Program-made: the position numbers and the translations under genes
Source of the DNA: an uncultured Clostridia bacterium
GTDB lineage: Bacteria > Bacillota > Clostridia > Oscillospirales > Acutalibacteraceae
Assembly: GCA_945988915.1 (NCBI GenBank)
Contig: CAMFTS010000001.1
Coordinates: forward strand, 1 to 37,677
DNA length: 37,677 nt
Reading direction: 5' to 3'
The notes under the pieces: generated by a model
Databases searched by the model: none
The model's input: the letters and a program-made list of their open reading frames with translations, nothing else
Told to the model about the DNA's origin: nothing
Shown here: positions 1 to 8,697 of the stretch, piece after piece
Position numbering within the stretch: position 1 is the stretch's first letter
How the letters are laid out: each line of letters opens with the position of its first letter

Positions 1-1131
1 AATTATCTGCGCTGTCTGTTGTAATTCCGAAATTCCGCTTTTATCTGCGCTAAATTCGATATTTTCTCCTGCTTGTGTTTCTTGTGACAACGAAACCTTT
101 TCTTCAGGAAGTTTTTCCACTTGTTCTGTGCCGTCGCTGTATCCATTGACACCGCTTCGTACGCCGCCCAAGACATTTTCAGCAATTTTTTCACTTTCAA
201 GTTCGTCGTCCTCCTCATATTCTATCTTTTGGAACAAACCGTCTGCAAAAGCCTGAGGCTTAAACGGCTGTAAATCGTCAATCTGTTCGCCGACACCGAT
301 GAACTTAACGGGAATACCGAGTTCATTCTTTATGGCAAGCACCACACCGCCTCTTGCCGTTCCGTCAAGCTTTGTAAGAACAATACCCGTAATATCCGCA
401 ACTGCTTTGAATTCCTTTGCCTGATTGACAGCATTTTGTCCCGTCGTTGCATCAAGAACCAACAAAACCTCACGGTCGGAATACGGTAATTCTCTGTCAA
501 TAACTCTGTAAATCTTTGCAAGCTCCTCCATAAGATTTTTCTTATTGTGGAGTCTGCCCGCCGTATCAATAATCACAATATCCGAATTTCTTGCCTTTGC
601 CGCATTAACCGAGTCAAATACAACTGCGGCAGGGTCGGCGCCCTCTGCATGCTTAACGATTTCGACGCCCGAGCGGTCAGCCCAAATCTGAAGCTGGTCA
701 ATAGCGGCGGCACGGAAGGTATCGGCCGCACCGAGCAATACTTTCTTGCCCTGTGACTTATACATTGCAGCAAGCTTACCGATAGTAGTAGTCTTACCTA
801 CGCCGTTAACACCGATTACGAGAATAACCGACGGCTGAGTAATAAGGCCCATATCTTCTCCGCCGTAAAGAAGCTCTGCAACAATGTTTTTCATTTCCTG
901 CTTAATAGCTTCTGAATTTTTGAGCTTTTTATCAGCAACATTTTTTCTCAAGGTTTCTGTAATCTGAACTGCCGTAACCATTCCGACATCAGCCATAACA
1001 AGAATTTCTTCAAGTTCTGCATAGAGGTCATCGGTGATTTCTTCAACATTGTCAAACAAATCGTCGATAGCACCCGACATTTTATTTCTTGTCTTTGTAA
1101 GACCGAAATTTATTTTACTGAAAATTCCCAT
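1..1131 (-). CDS. ftsY: Signal recognition particle receptor FtsY. The NG domain is complete. The reading frame stays open to nt 1, so the 3-prime end lies outside the window.
   Basis: Absent from the ORF track because no stop lies in the window. The reverse complement from the ATG at 1131 reads MGIFSKINFGLTKTRNKMSGAIDD... It contains the P-loop GVNGVGKTTTIGKLA (around 790-830), IIDTAGRLHNK and LTKLDGTARGG. I checked the frame codon by codon over 1-330 and found no in-frame stop. Confidence 0.9.
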   Translation of the reverse strand, partial: MGIFSKINFGLTKTRNKMSGAIDDLFDNVEEITDDLYAELEEILVMADVGMVTAVQITETLRKNVADKKLKNSEAIKQEMKNIVAELLYGGEDMGLITQPSVILVIGVNGVGKTTTIGKLAAMYKSQGKKVLLGAADTFRAAAIDQLQIWADRSGVEIVKHAEGADPAAVVFDSVNAAKARNSDIVIIDTAGRLHNKKNLMEELAKIYRVIDRELPYSDREVLLVLDATTGQNAVNQAKEFKAVADITGIVLTKLDGTARGGVVLAIKNELGIPVKFIGVGEQIDDLQPFKPQAFADGLFQKIEYEEDDELESEKIAENVLGGVRSGVNGYSDGTEQVEKLPEEKVSLSQETQAGENIEFSADKSGISELQQTAQII

Positions 1132-1155
1132 TGTAATTCACCTTATATTAATTAT

Positions 1156-4100
1156 TTAAGCTAAACCGAGCTTCTGCGCCATTTCTGCCGTCTTTAATTC
1201 AAGAAGCTTTGAAACGCCCTTTTCCTGCATTGTAACGCCGTAAAGCACATCGGCTTCTTCCATAGTGCCTCTTCTGTGTGAAATAAGAATAAACTGAGTA
1301 TTCTTTGTCATTCTTCTGACATAGCTTGCATAACGCGTAACATTGACATCGTCAAGCGCAGCTTCAACCTCGTCAAAAATACAGAACGGTGCAGGTGTAA
1401 CCTTAAGAATTGCAAACAAAAGTGCAATCGCTGAAATCGCTTTTTCACCGCCTGAAAGCAGGTCTATATTCTTAACATTTTTGCCGGGTGGCTGAACCTT
1501 TATTTCAATGTTACATTCAAGAATATCAAGCTCATTTTCAAGGCGAAGCTCTGCTTTACCGCCTCCGAACAATTCTTTGAATGTTTCACCGAAGCAGGTA
1601 TTTATTCTGTTAAAGCTCTCCCTGAACTGCGAAGCCATTTTTCCTGTTAAGTCGTAGATTAACTTGTTGAGCTCATTTTTTGACTTTTCAACATCGTTTA
1701 TCTGTTCGGACATAAACTCGTATCTTTCGGAAACTTCTTTATACTCTTCAATCGCAGAAACATTAACGGAACCGAGAGCCTTTATCTGTGCTTTCAATTC
1801 CTGAAGCCGTTTGCCCGCCGACTGATAATCATCAATTTGGATTTCGAGTGCCGCGGCCTCTCGTCTTGTAAGCTGATATTCATCATAAAGCTTTGCTGAA
1901 AGGTCGTCATATTCCTTTCGCATTGAAATTTTCTTTTCTTCAAGTCTTGCAAGCTCGTTGCCCAGCTGTTCGCGTTCTGTTGTCTTTGAGCGTTCAAGCA
2001 ATCTCAAATCACTCTGCTGTTTTTCAAAGATATCGCGTTGACTGATTAACTCATCGATTTCTCCTCTTGAACATTCCGACAGCTTTTTAAGCTCAGCGAT
2101 TGTAAGATTAAGATTTTCAATATTCTTTTTCAACTGCTCATTCTTATTAATAATTTCCGCAATCTCATTATCAAGCACGCTCGCCTTATCAGTATGCCCC
2201 TCTTTACGGGCATTAAGATGAAGAAGCGTATCTTCATTTGTTTCAATATCTTTTTGTAATGAAACAGACTGCAAGCTCAATTCGGAAGCTTTTCTCGAAA
2301 GCTCTTCTCTTGAAGAAATAAGCTGTTCTCTGTCGCCTGTAAGCTTTTCGAGTTCGAATTCTTTTTCTTCGATAGCCTTTGTCAGTTCTTCAACCCTGAC
2401 AACAGCAGTCTTTGCATTTTCTTTTATTGATTCGATTCTCTTTTCGAGTAATTCTTTTTCGTCTGCCAATTCCTTAACGGTTCCCGATACGGTATCCAAC
2501 TGTTCCTTGGCGAGCTTACAGTCACCCTCAAGCCTGATTTTTTCTTCATTCTTGCGGAGCAAATCTCCCTCAGCGCCCTCAAGCTCTGCCTTTGCTGCTG
2601 CCGCATCTTCGCTCAACTGCTTGTAATCAGCTTCAAAAACTTCAATTTCTCTCTTGATTGAATCAAGCCCCTTTGTGAGCTTTTCTATTTCATTGCCGCG
2701 GCTGAGAATACCTGCATTCTGCGTTCTTGAACCGCCTGTCATACTGCCGCCCGCATTTATAACCTGTCCGTCAAGAGTAACTATCTTGAAACGGTAATTA
2801 TATCTTTTGGCAATAGCAACGGCACAGTCCATATCGTCACAGACAACGGTTCTGCCGAGTAATGACTCAATGATATCCGAGTATTCTTTATCGGCAGAAA
2901 CAAGCTCGCTTGCTATACTGACAAAGCCGAATTCGTCATCGAGATTTTTCTCCTGCAGCAGTCTGCCCTTGACAGCGGTAATGGGCAGGAATGTTGCTCT
3001 GCCCGAGCGTGATTCTTTAAGATAATTGATAGCGCGCTTAGCGTCGTTTTCAGTATCTGTAACAATATTCTGCACCGCCGCACCGAGTGCTGTTTCAATA
3101 GCGGTTGAATATTTATCCTTAACCGTAATCAACTGTGAAAGCGGTCCGTGAATACCTTTCAAAGCACCGCGTTTAACCTCATTCATAACTGCCTTTATGG
3201 CGCCTGAATAACCCTCCATACTCTTTTCGAGGTCACGGAGAATTTTAATTCTGTCCTCTGCCTTTGCGAATTCTCTCTGCTTTTCTATAAGAGATTCCTG
3301 ACATTCCTGAGCCTTTCTGCCGCGTGATTCAAAACGCATTGTATAGCCGTCAATGGAATTCTTAATCGAATTGATTTCGTCTTCACATTCCTTTAACGCA
3401 TTTTCGGCTGTTTCTTTGTCCTTTTTATAGCGAAGATATGTTTCCTGTCTGCCGCCGAGAGTTTCGTCAATAGCCTGAATTCTTGACTTTATTTCATCTG
3501 TTGAAGAATTAGCTGTTTCGCTTGTAACTCTGTTGTCTGCAAGTTCAACCGACAAAGCGGAGATTTCGTTTGAAAGAGCCTGTGCCCTATCTGAGAATTC
3601 AAGGTTGCTTGACTTGAATTCTTCCTCCTGCTTTGCAAGCTCTGCCATTTTTGCTTCAATAACGGCAATCTGTTCTTTGGAAGCCCTGATGCTTTCTTCA
3701 GCTTCTTTGATTCTTTCGTCAAGATGCTGTTCTGTTTCGTTTTCAAAGGTTTTATCCTTTTCAAGTCTTGCAATGGATTCGTTGTTATGTAAAATTGAGT
3801 TTTCTTCGACTTTAACCTGTGTTTCAAGTGCGGAAAGCTGTTCTTCCGAAACAGAAGATTTACCTCTTATTTCTTCGATTTTAACATTTATATCACGCAC
3901 GCCGTTTGCCGCTTCGTCAATTTTCTTTTCTATATCAACAAGCTCTTGCTCCGCCTGCTTATAGTTTACCTCGGCAGTTGAAATTTTATGGTCCTGTTCG
4001 CGAAGCTTGTCGTTTGTTTTATCAATAGTGTTAAGCCAGATGCCTATTTCAAGATTCTTTCTTTCTTCAGCCAAAACAATGAATTTCTGCGCCTTTTCGC

Positions 4101-4725
4101 TCTGTGTTTTAAGAGGGCCTATCCTTGACTCAAGTTCTGTGAGTATATCCCTTAAGCGAATGAGATTTTCCTCAGCCTGATTAAGCCTTTTCAAAGCGTC
4201 GGCACGACGGTAACGGAAATGAGAAATTCCCGCAGCTTCTTCAAGCATTTCACGGCGTTCGCCTGCTCTTGAAGAAACCATATCCGCAATTTTACCCTGA
4301 CCGACAATGGAATATCCGTCACGGCCGAGGCCCGTATCCATAAACAGCTCGTTTATATCCCTGAGTCTTGCGCTCTCGCCGTTGATAAGATATTCACTGT
4401 CACCCGAACGGAAATATCTTCTTGTAACGGCAACCTCGTCGTTATCGTTGGCAAGCGCTCTGTCTTTGTTATCAAGCCGTAATGTTACTTCTGCAAAGCC
4501 TTTTGCCTTGCGGATATCAGTACCGTCAAAGATAACATCCTCCATTTTCGAGCCGCGCAAATTCTTTGTTGACTGCTCGCCGAGAACCCAGCGCACAGCG
4601 TCGGAAATATTACTCTTTCCGCTTCCGTTAGGTCCTACAACGGCTGTTATGCCTTTATTGAATTCAAGTACCGTTTTATCAGGGAATGATTTGAATCCCT
4701 GCATTTCCAGCGCTTTTAAAAACAT
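1156..4725 (-). CDS. smc: Chromosome segregation ATPase SMC
   Basis: 1189 aa. It has an N-terminal Walker A (GPNGSGKSN), long coiled-coil Glu/Lys-rich arms, a central hinge, and a C-terminal LSGGEK signature with Walker B (FCIFDEVEAALD). It sits upstream of ftsY, as is typical. Confidence 0.97.
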   Translation of the reverse strand: MFLKALEMQGFKSFPDKTVLEFNKGITAVVGPNGSGKSNISDAVRWVLGEQSTKNLRGSKMEDVIFDGTDIRKAKGFAEVTLRLDNKDRALANDNDEVAVTRRYFRSGDSEYLINGESARLRDINELFMDTGLGRDGYSIVGQGKIADMVSSRAGERREMLEEAAGISHFRYRRADALKRLNQAEENLIRLRDILTELESRIGPLKTQSEKAQKFIVLAEERKNLEIGIWLNTIDKTNDKLREQDHKISTAEVNYKQAEQELVDIEKKIDEAANGVRDINVKIEEIRGKSSVSEEQLSALETQVKVEENSILHNNESIARLEKDKTFENETEQHLDERIKEAEESIRASKEQIAVIEAKMAELAKQEEEFKSSNLEFSDRAQALSNEISALSVELADNRVTSETANSSTDEIKSRIQAIDETLGGRQETYLRYKKDKETAENALKECEDEINSIKNSIDGYTMRFESRGRKAQECQESLIEKQREFAKAEDRIKILRDLEKSMEGYSGAIKAVMNEVKRGALKGIHGPLSQLITVKDKYSTAIETALGAAVQNIVTDTENDAKRAINYLKESRSGRATFLPITAVKGRLLQEKNLDDEFGFVSIASELVSADKEYSDIIESLLGRTVVCDDMDCAVAIAKRYNYRFKIVTLDGQVINAGGSMTGGSRTQNAGILSRGNEIEKLTKGLDSIKREIEVFEADYKQLSEDAAAAKAELEGAEGDLLRKNEEKIRLEGDCKLAKEQLDTVSGTVKELADEKELLEKRIESIKENAKTAVVRVEELTKAIEEKEFELEKLTGDREQLISSREELSRKASELSLQSVSLQKDIETNEDTLLHLNARKEGHTDKASVLDNEIAEIINKNEQLKKNIENLNLTIAELKKLSECSRGEIDELISQRDIFEKQQSDLRLLERSKTTEREQLGNELARLEEKKISMRKEYDDLSAKLYDEYQLTRREAAALEIQIDDYQSAGKRLQELKAQIKALGSVNVSAIEEYKEVSERYEFMSEQINDVEKSKNELNKLIYDLTGKMASQFRESFNRINTCFGETFKELFGGGKAELRLENELDILECNIEIKVQPPGKNVKNIDLLSGGEKAISAIALLFAILKVTPAPFCIFDEVEAALDDVNVTRYASYVRRMTKNTQFILISHRRGTMEEADVLYGVTMQEKGVSKLLELKTAEMAQKLGLA

Positions 4726-4726
4726 A

Positions 4727-5728
4727 TTATAATTCCTTTACTTTGATTTCGTAATCGCTTAAAAAAATATTACCCTTTATTTTACAACAAAAGCCTTGAT
4801 TTTTCAATGCTTTTTCATTTCTTTTTGACTGCCCTACGGCTTTAGAAATTGATTTTTCGGGCACTTCGATTTGATATGCTTTGGATTTGTCTTTATCTTT
4901 AAGAGCGCAGAGCATTTTTTCAAGATAAATTTCGCCCTCGCAAAGTTCTCTGAAGGCAGGGTGATAAGCTCCGGCCAGATAACCCTCTTCTACATTTCCG
5001 CCCGAATGAAGACCCAAACGGATAACCGCAATACCGTTTTCGCGGAACATTAAAAGCAATTTCGCACACAACTTAACCGCTTCATCAAGCGTTTGCGCCG
5101 AATATTCGCCTGCTTGCATTTTAGTTGCCAGCGTAGTATTTTCAAGCACTATTGTCGGATAAATTCTGACTGTATCCGGCTTCAGCCTTATTATTTCTTC
5201 GGCAGTAAAAATATCTTTTTCAAAGTCGGAGCCCATCAGCCCCGTCATCATCTGAAGTCCCAAAGAAAAGCCGTATTCTTTTATCAACTCCGATGCAATT
5301 CTCACATCGTCGGCACTGTGCCCTCTCTCGTTGATATCAAGTACACTGTCAACCATACTCTGTGCGCCGAGCTCAATGGCGGTGACGCCGTATTCTTTAA
5401 GAATATTCAGCTTATAGGCGTTAATACAGTCCGGACGGGTGGAAATTCTGATTCCCTTAAAGCTTTTGTTATCAATATACTTTTTTGCCGTTTTGAGCAA
5501 GGAAATCATATATTCTTCGTCTATTGCCGTAAAACTGCCGCCGAAAAATGCTATTTCAGAATTATCAGGGTCAACCTTGCCGCTTTCAAGTGCTATTTCA
5601 CACGCCTCGATAATATCATCGGTTTTAAGCTCTCTTGCCGAACCCGATATCGTTTTTTGATTGCAGAAGCTGCAACAGTGCGGACAGCCCGAATGAGGAA
5701 CAAACAAGCCTATGTTAATATGCTTCAA
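4727..5728 (-). CDS. Radical SAM protein, ELP3-like family, without an acetyltransferase domain
   Basis: 333 aa. The N-terminal CX3CX2C cluster lies in HSGCPHCCSFCNQ (C15, C19, C22). Its stop is 1 nt from the smc start and its start overlaps the rnc stop. Family assignment is from motif recall, not a search. Confidence 0.75.
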   Translation of the reverse strand: MKHINIGLFVPHSGCPHCCSFCNQKTISGSARELKTDDIIEACEIALESGKVDPDNSEIAFFGGSFTAIDEEYMISLLKTAKKYIDNKSFKGIRISTRPDCINAYKLNILKEYGVTAIELGAQSMVDSVLDINERGHSADDVRIASELIKEYGFSLGLQMMTGLMGSDFEKDIFTAEEIIRLKPDTVRIYPTIVLENTTLATKMQAGEYSAQTLDEAVKLCAKLLLMFRENGIAVIRLGLHSGGNVEEGYLAGAYHPAFRELCEGEIYLEKMLCALKDKDKSKAYQIEVPEKSISKAVGQSKRNEKALKNQGFCCKIKGNIFLSDYEIKVKEL

Positions 5729-6393
5729 AGTCCCATCAGCTCCAATGCCTGTTTAGCCGCTTCCTGTTCTGCTTTTTTCTTGCTTCCCGCAAAGCCTTTG
5801 CCGATTACATTTGAATTGAGATGCACCTCCACCTCAAAATGCTTATCATGGTCGGGTCCTGTTTCCGAAACAAGTATGTATCTGAGCTCTTCGCCCTGAT
5901 TTCTCTGCACAACCTCCTGCAAGGTTGTTTTGTAGTCCTTAAAGCTTGGCTTTGACTCAACATAAGGTGCGACGAAACGCAAAATAAACTTCTTTGCGTT
6001 TTCTATTCCCCCGTCAAGATAAATTGCGGCAATAAGCGCCTCAAACGCATCTGAAAGCACGGAGGGTCTTTCTCTGCCTCCGGTTCGGGCTTCTCCGTTG
6101 CTCAGCTTTATCTGCTGACCCAAGCCTATTTCCTTTGCAAATTCAAAAAGTGATTTTTCACAAACCGCATAACTGCGAAGCTTTGTCAGCTCACCCTCGG
6201 GAAAAGTCCTGTGATTTGCAAAAAGATACTCTGCGGTGACAAGTCCGAGTACGGAATCGCCTAAGAATTCGAGTCTTTCGTTGTCACCCGTATGCAAATG
6301 ATTTTCATTAGCAAACGACGAATGAGTCAATGCTTTTTCAAGCAATGACTTGTCTTTGAATTCATATTCTATTGTTTTTTCAAAATCATTCAT
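5725..6393 (-). CDS. rnc: Ribonuclease III
   Basis: Contains the RNase III signature ERLEFLGDS and a C-terminal dsRNA-binding domain (KKKAEQEAAKQALE). The ORF track begins at a TTG at 6423. The ATG at 6393 (MNDFEKT) is preferred because AAGGAA lies 9 nt upstream and it gives a typical length of 222 aa. Confidence 0.93.
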   Translation of the reverse strand: MNDFEKTIEYEFKDKSLLEKALTHSSFANENHLHTGDNERLEFLGDSVLGLVTAEYLFANHRTFPEGELTKLRSYAVCEKSLFEFAKEIGLGQQIKLSNGEARTGGRERPSVLSDAFEALIAAIYLDGGIENAKKFILRFVAPYVESKPSFKDYKTTLQEVVQRNQGEELRYILVSETGPDHDKHFEVEVHLNSNVIGKGFAGSKKKAEQEAAKQALELMGL

Positions 6394-7390
6394 TATTTTC
6401 ATTTCCTTTAAGTGACTTTTCAACTATTTCTATAAAGCCCGAATCAACATATTTTACAGCCTGAGCAATAGTATTCTTAATTGCGTAAGCATCTGATGAG
6501 CCGTGAGCTTTGAATACAGGCTTGCTGACTCCGACAAGCGGTGCTCCGCCGTATTTTTTATAGTTCATTCTCTCTTTAAAGTCATCCATACCGGATTTAA
6601 CGCCGAGATATGCGAGCTTTGTAAAGATATTCTTTTTGAATACATCTTTGACCTGATTTGAAATAGCCTTTGCAGCGCCCTCGTACATTTTGATAATCAT
6701 ATTGCCCGAGAATCCGTCAGCAACAATAACATCAGCCTCGCCGAAAGGAATACTGCGGGCTTCGATGTTGCCGATAAAATTTATGTTCTTCATTTCTTTG
6801 AGCTTCTGATATGTTTCAACGGCAAGAGGAGTACCCTTTGTTTCCTCCGTACCTATATTTGCAAGTGCAACCTTAGGCTTGTTCACACCGAGAATTTTTT
6901 CCATATAAAGACTGCCGAGCATAGCGAACTGACAGAGCATTTCAGAATTACATTCACAGTTGGCTCCCGTATCAACGAGAATAAAAGGATTATTATTTGA
7001 CGGCATAACAGCGGCTAAGGCAGGTCTTTTTATGCCTTTGATTCTCTTTGCGATAAGAGTGCCGCCGACAAGAAGTGCACCCGTACTGCCTGCCGAAACA
7101 AATGCGTCGCCCTCTCCGTCAGCTAATGCGTCAATACCCACGCCTAAGGAGGTGCCTCGCTTTGATTTTACAATTTCAGACGGAGTGTCAGTCATTTGGA
7201 ATACCGTGTCTGCATTTTTTATTTCAAATGAAGAAATGTCAAGAGAATTATCCTTTGCGCATTTTTCAATATCTTCCTTTTTGCCTGTGAGCATAATATC
7301 AACGCCCAATTCGTTTTTCGCGTCAATACAGCCTTTTATTATTTCAAGCGGAGCATTATCTCCGCCGAATGCGTCAACTATAATTTTCAT
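6386..7390 (-). CDS. plsX: Phosphate acyltransferase PlsX
   Basis: 334 aa. The N-terminus MKIIVDAFGGDNAP and overall length are typical of PlsX. Its stop overlaps the rnc start by 8 nt. Confidence 0.95.
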   Translation of the reverse strand: MKIIVDAFGGDNAPLEIIKGCIDAKNELGVDIMLTGKKEDIEKCAKDNSLDISSFEIKNADTVFQMTDTPSEIVKSKRGTSLGVGIDALADGEGDAFVSAGSTGALLVGGTLIAKRIKGIKRPALAAVMPSNNNPFILVDTGANCECNSEMLCQFAMLGSLYMEKILGVNKPKVALANIGTEETKGTPLAVETYQKLKEMKNINFIGNIEARSIPFGEADVIVADGFSGNMIIKMYEGAAKAISNQVKDVFKKNIFTKLAYLGVKSGMDDFKERMNYKKYGGAPLVGVSKPVFKAHGSSDAYAIKNTIAQAVKYVDSGFIEIVEKSLKGNENNE

Positions 7391-8697
7391 ATTCCGTTTT
7401 CACCCTTAAATCTTTCTAAATCATACATACTTCGCTTTGCGAGTGCCATATATCTTTCGCTTTTATCCCTGATTTTCTCCGAAAGCGGAGGCAATACGCC
7501 AAAATTCGCGCCCATAGGCTGAAAATTTGTTACGGTTTCATCGCTGATATACCTTGAAAGCGCGCCCATCATTGTAGTTTCGGGAAGAGTAACGGTTTGC
7601 TTACCCTTTAGTCTTCTTGCGGCATTGAGTCCTGCAAGTATTCCTGCCGCCGCTGATTCCATATATCCCTCAACGCCCGTAATCTGTCCTGCGAAGAATA
7701 TCTTTTCATTTTTCCGCATACTGAAATCTGAATTTAACAGCTTCGGAGAATTTATAAATGTATTTCTGTGCATTACGCCGTAGCGCAAAAACTCTGCGTT
7801 ATGAAGCGCGGGGAACATTGAAAATACTCTCTTCTGCTCAGCGAATTTCAAATTCGTCTGAAAGCCCACAAGATTATACATTGAACCCTGTGAATTCTCT
7901 TTGCGAAGCTGAAGATTTGCCCACGGTCTGTGACCTGTTTTCGGATTAACAAGACCTACGGGCTTGAGCGGACCGTATCGCATTGTATCTTTTCCGCGCG
8001 AAGCCAGCACCTCAATAGGCATACAGCCCTCATAGACATCTTTTCTTTTGTCGAATGTATGAAGCTCGGCACTCTCGGCGCTGATAATCGCTTCGTAAAA
8101 CGCTTCGTATTCTTCCTTATTCATAGGGCAGTTGATATAGTCGTCATCACCGCCGCGGTCATATCTTGATTGCGTGAAAGCAAATTCCATATTAATACTG
8201 TCTGCCGAAACAATCGGAGCCGCCGCGTCGTAGAATGAAAGTCCCTCGCCGCAGAGTGATTTAATTGTCTGAGAAAGGCTGTCACTCGCAAGAGGACCTG
8301 CCGCAATAATTACAACATCAGCTTCCGGAAGCTCTGCGACCTCTTTTTCAATTACATTGATATTTTCGGTGCTTTTAATCTGTTGAGTAATCAGAGAAGA
8401 GAATAATTCTCTGTCAACTGCCAGCGCACCGCCTGCCGGCACTGCCGTCTTCTTTGCGGCGCTTACGCAAACAGAATTGAACTCGGACATTTCGGCCTTG
8501 AGAAGTCCTGCGGCAGAATTAAGTCTTTCTGCTTTTAAGGAATTCGAGCAAACAAGCTCTGCGAAATTATCAGATTTATGTGCAGGCGAATGCTTTGTCG
8601 GTTTCATTTCATATAAATCGACCTTAATGCCTGCTTTATTCAGTTGCCACGCCGCCTCACAGCCTGCAAGGCCTGCGCCGATAACTGCTGCTTTCAT
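7387..8697 (-). CDS. trmFO: Methylenetetrahydrofolate--tRNA-(uracil-5-)-methyltransferase TrmFO
   Basis: 436 aa with an N-terminal FAD-binding motif (VIGAGLAGCEAAWQL). It sits immediately downstream of topA, the classical Firmicute topA-trmFO(gid) arrangement. Confidence 0.93.
   Translation of the reverse strand: MKAAVIGAGLAGCEAAWQLNKAGIKVDLYEMKPTKHSPAHKSDNFAELVCSNSLKAERLNSAAGLLKAEMSEFNSVCVSAAKKTAVPAGGALAVDRELFSSLITQQIKSTENINVIEKEVAELPEADVVIIAAGPLASDSLSQTIKSLCGEGLSFYDAAAPIVSADSINMEFAFTQSRYDRGGDDDYINCPMNKEEYEAFYEAIISAESAELHTFDKRKDVYEGCMPIEVLASRGKDTMRYGPLKPVGLVNPKTGHRPWANLQLRKENSQGSMYNLVGFQTNLKFAEQKRVFSMFPALHNAEFLRYGVMHRNTFINSPKLLNSDFSMRKNEKIFFAGQITGVEGYMESAAAGILAGLNAARRLKGKQTVTLPETTMMGALSRYISDETVTNFQPMGANFGVLPPLSEKIRDKSERYMALAKRSMYDLERFKGENGI

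Noticed and set aside
5093-5899. A 268-aa plus-strand ORF. Similar long plus-strand ORFs occur at 3533-3964, 4307-4732, 6960-7409, 8477-8869, 13733-14083, 32441-32851 and 34240-34683.
   Set aside because: All lie antisense inside well-supported minus-strand genes (smc, radical SAM/rnc, plsX, trmFO/topA, infC, rnfD, Gx). Their translations are low-complexity and Ser/Leu/Phe/Cys-rich, with no SD and no recognisable motifs. These are typical shadow ORFs.
6394-6423. N-terminal extensions in the ORF track for rnc, and likewise for dprA (12079-12093), the trmH-family gene (12861-12875), ctsR (28424-28474), rnfB (29824-29862), rnfE (31135-31143), the Gx protein (34590-34610) and the island lipoprotein (23535-23546).
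   Set aside because: Most of these begin at TTG or GTG codons. The lipoprotein extension begins at an ATG, and I did not check the rnfB codon. All either contain the SD of a downstream ATG or overlap the preceding gene or operator, so they are longest-ORF artefacts rather than real N-termini.
5725-7390. The absence of acpP and fab genes between plsX and rnc as a sign of deletion or rearrangement.
   Set aside because: The junction is a clean 8-nt overlap with no remnants or pseudogene fragments. Lineage-specific gene order is the simpler explanation, and the point is folded into the nine-gene-array finding.
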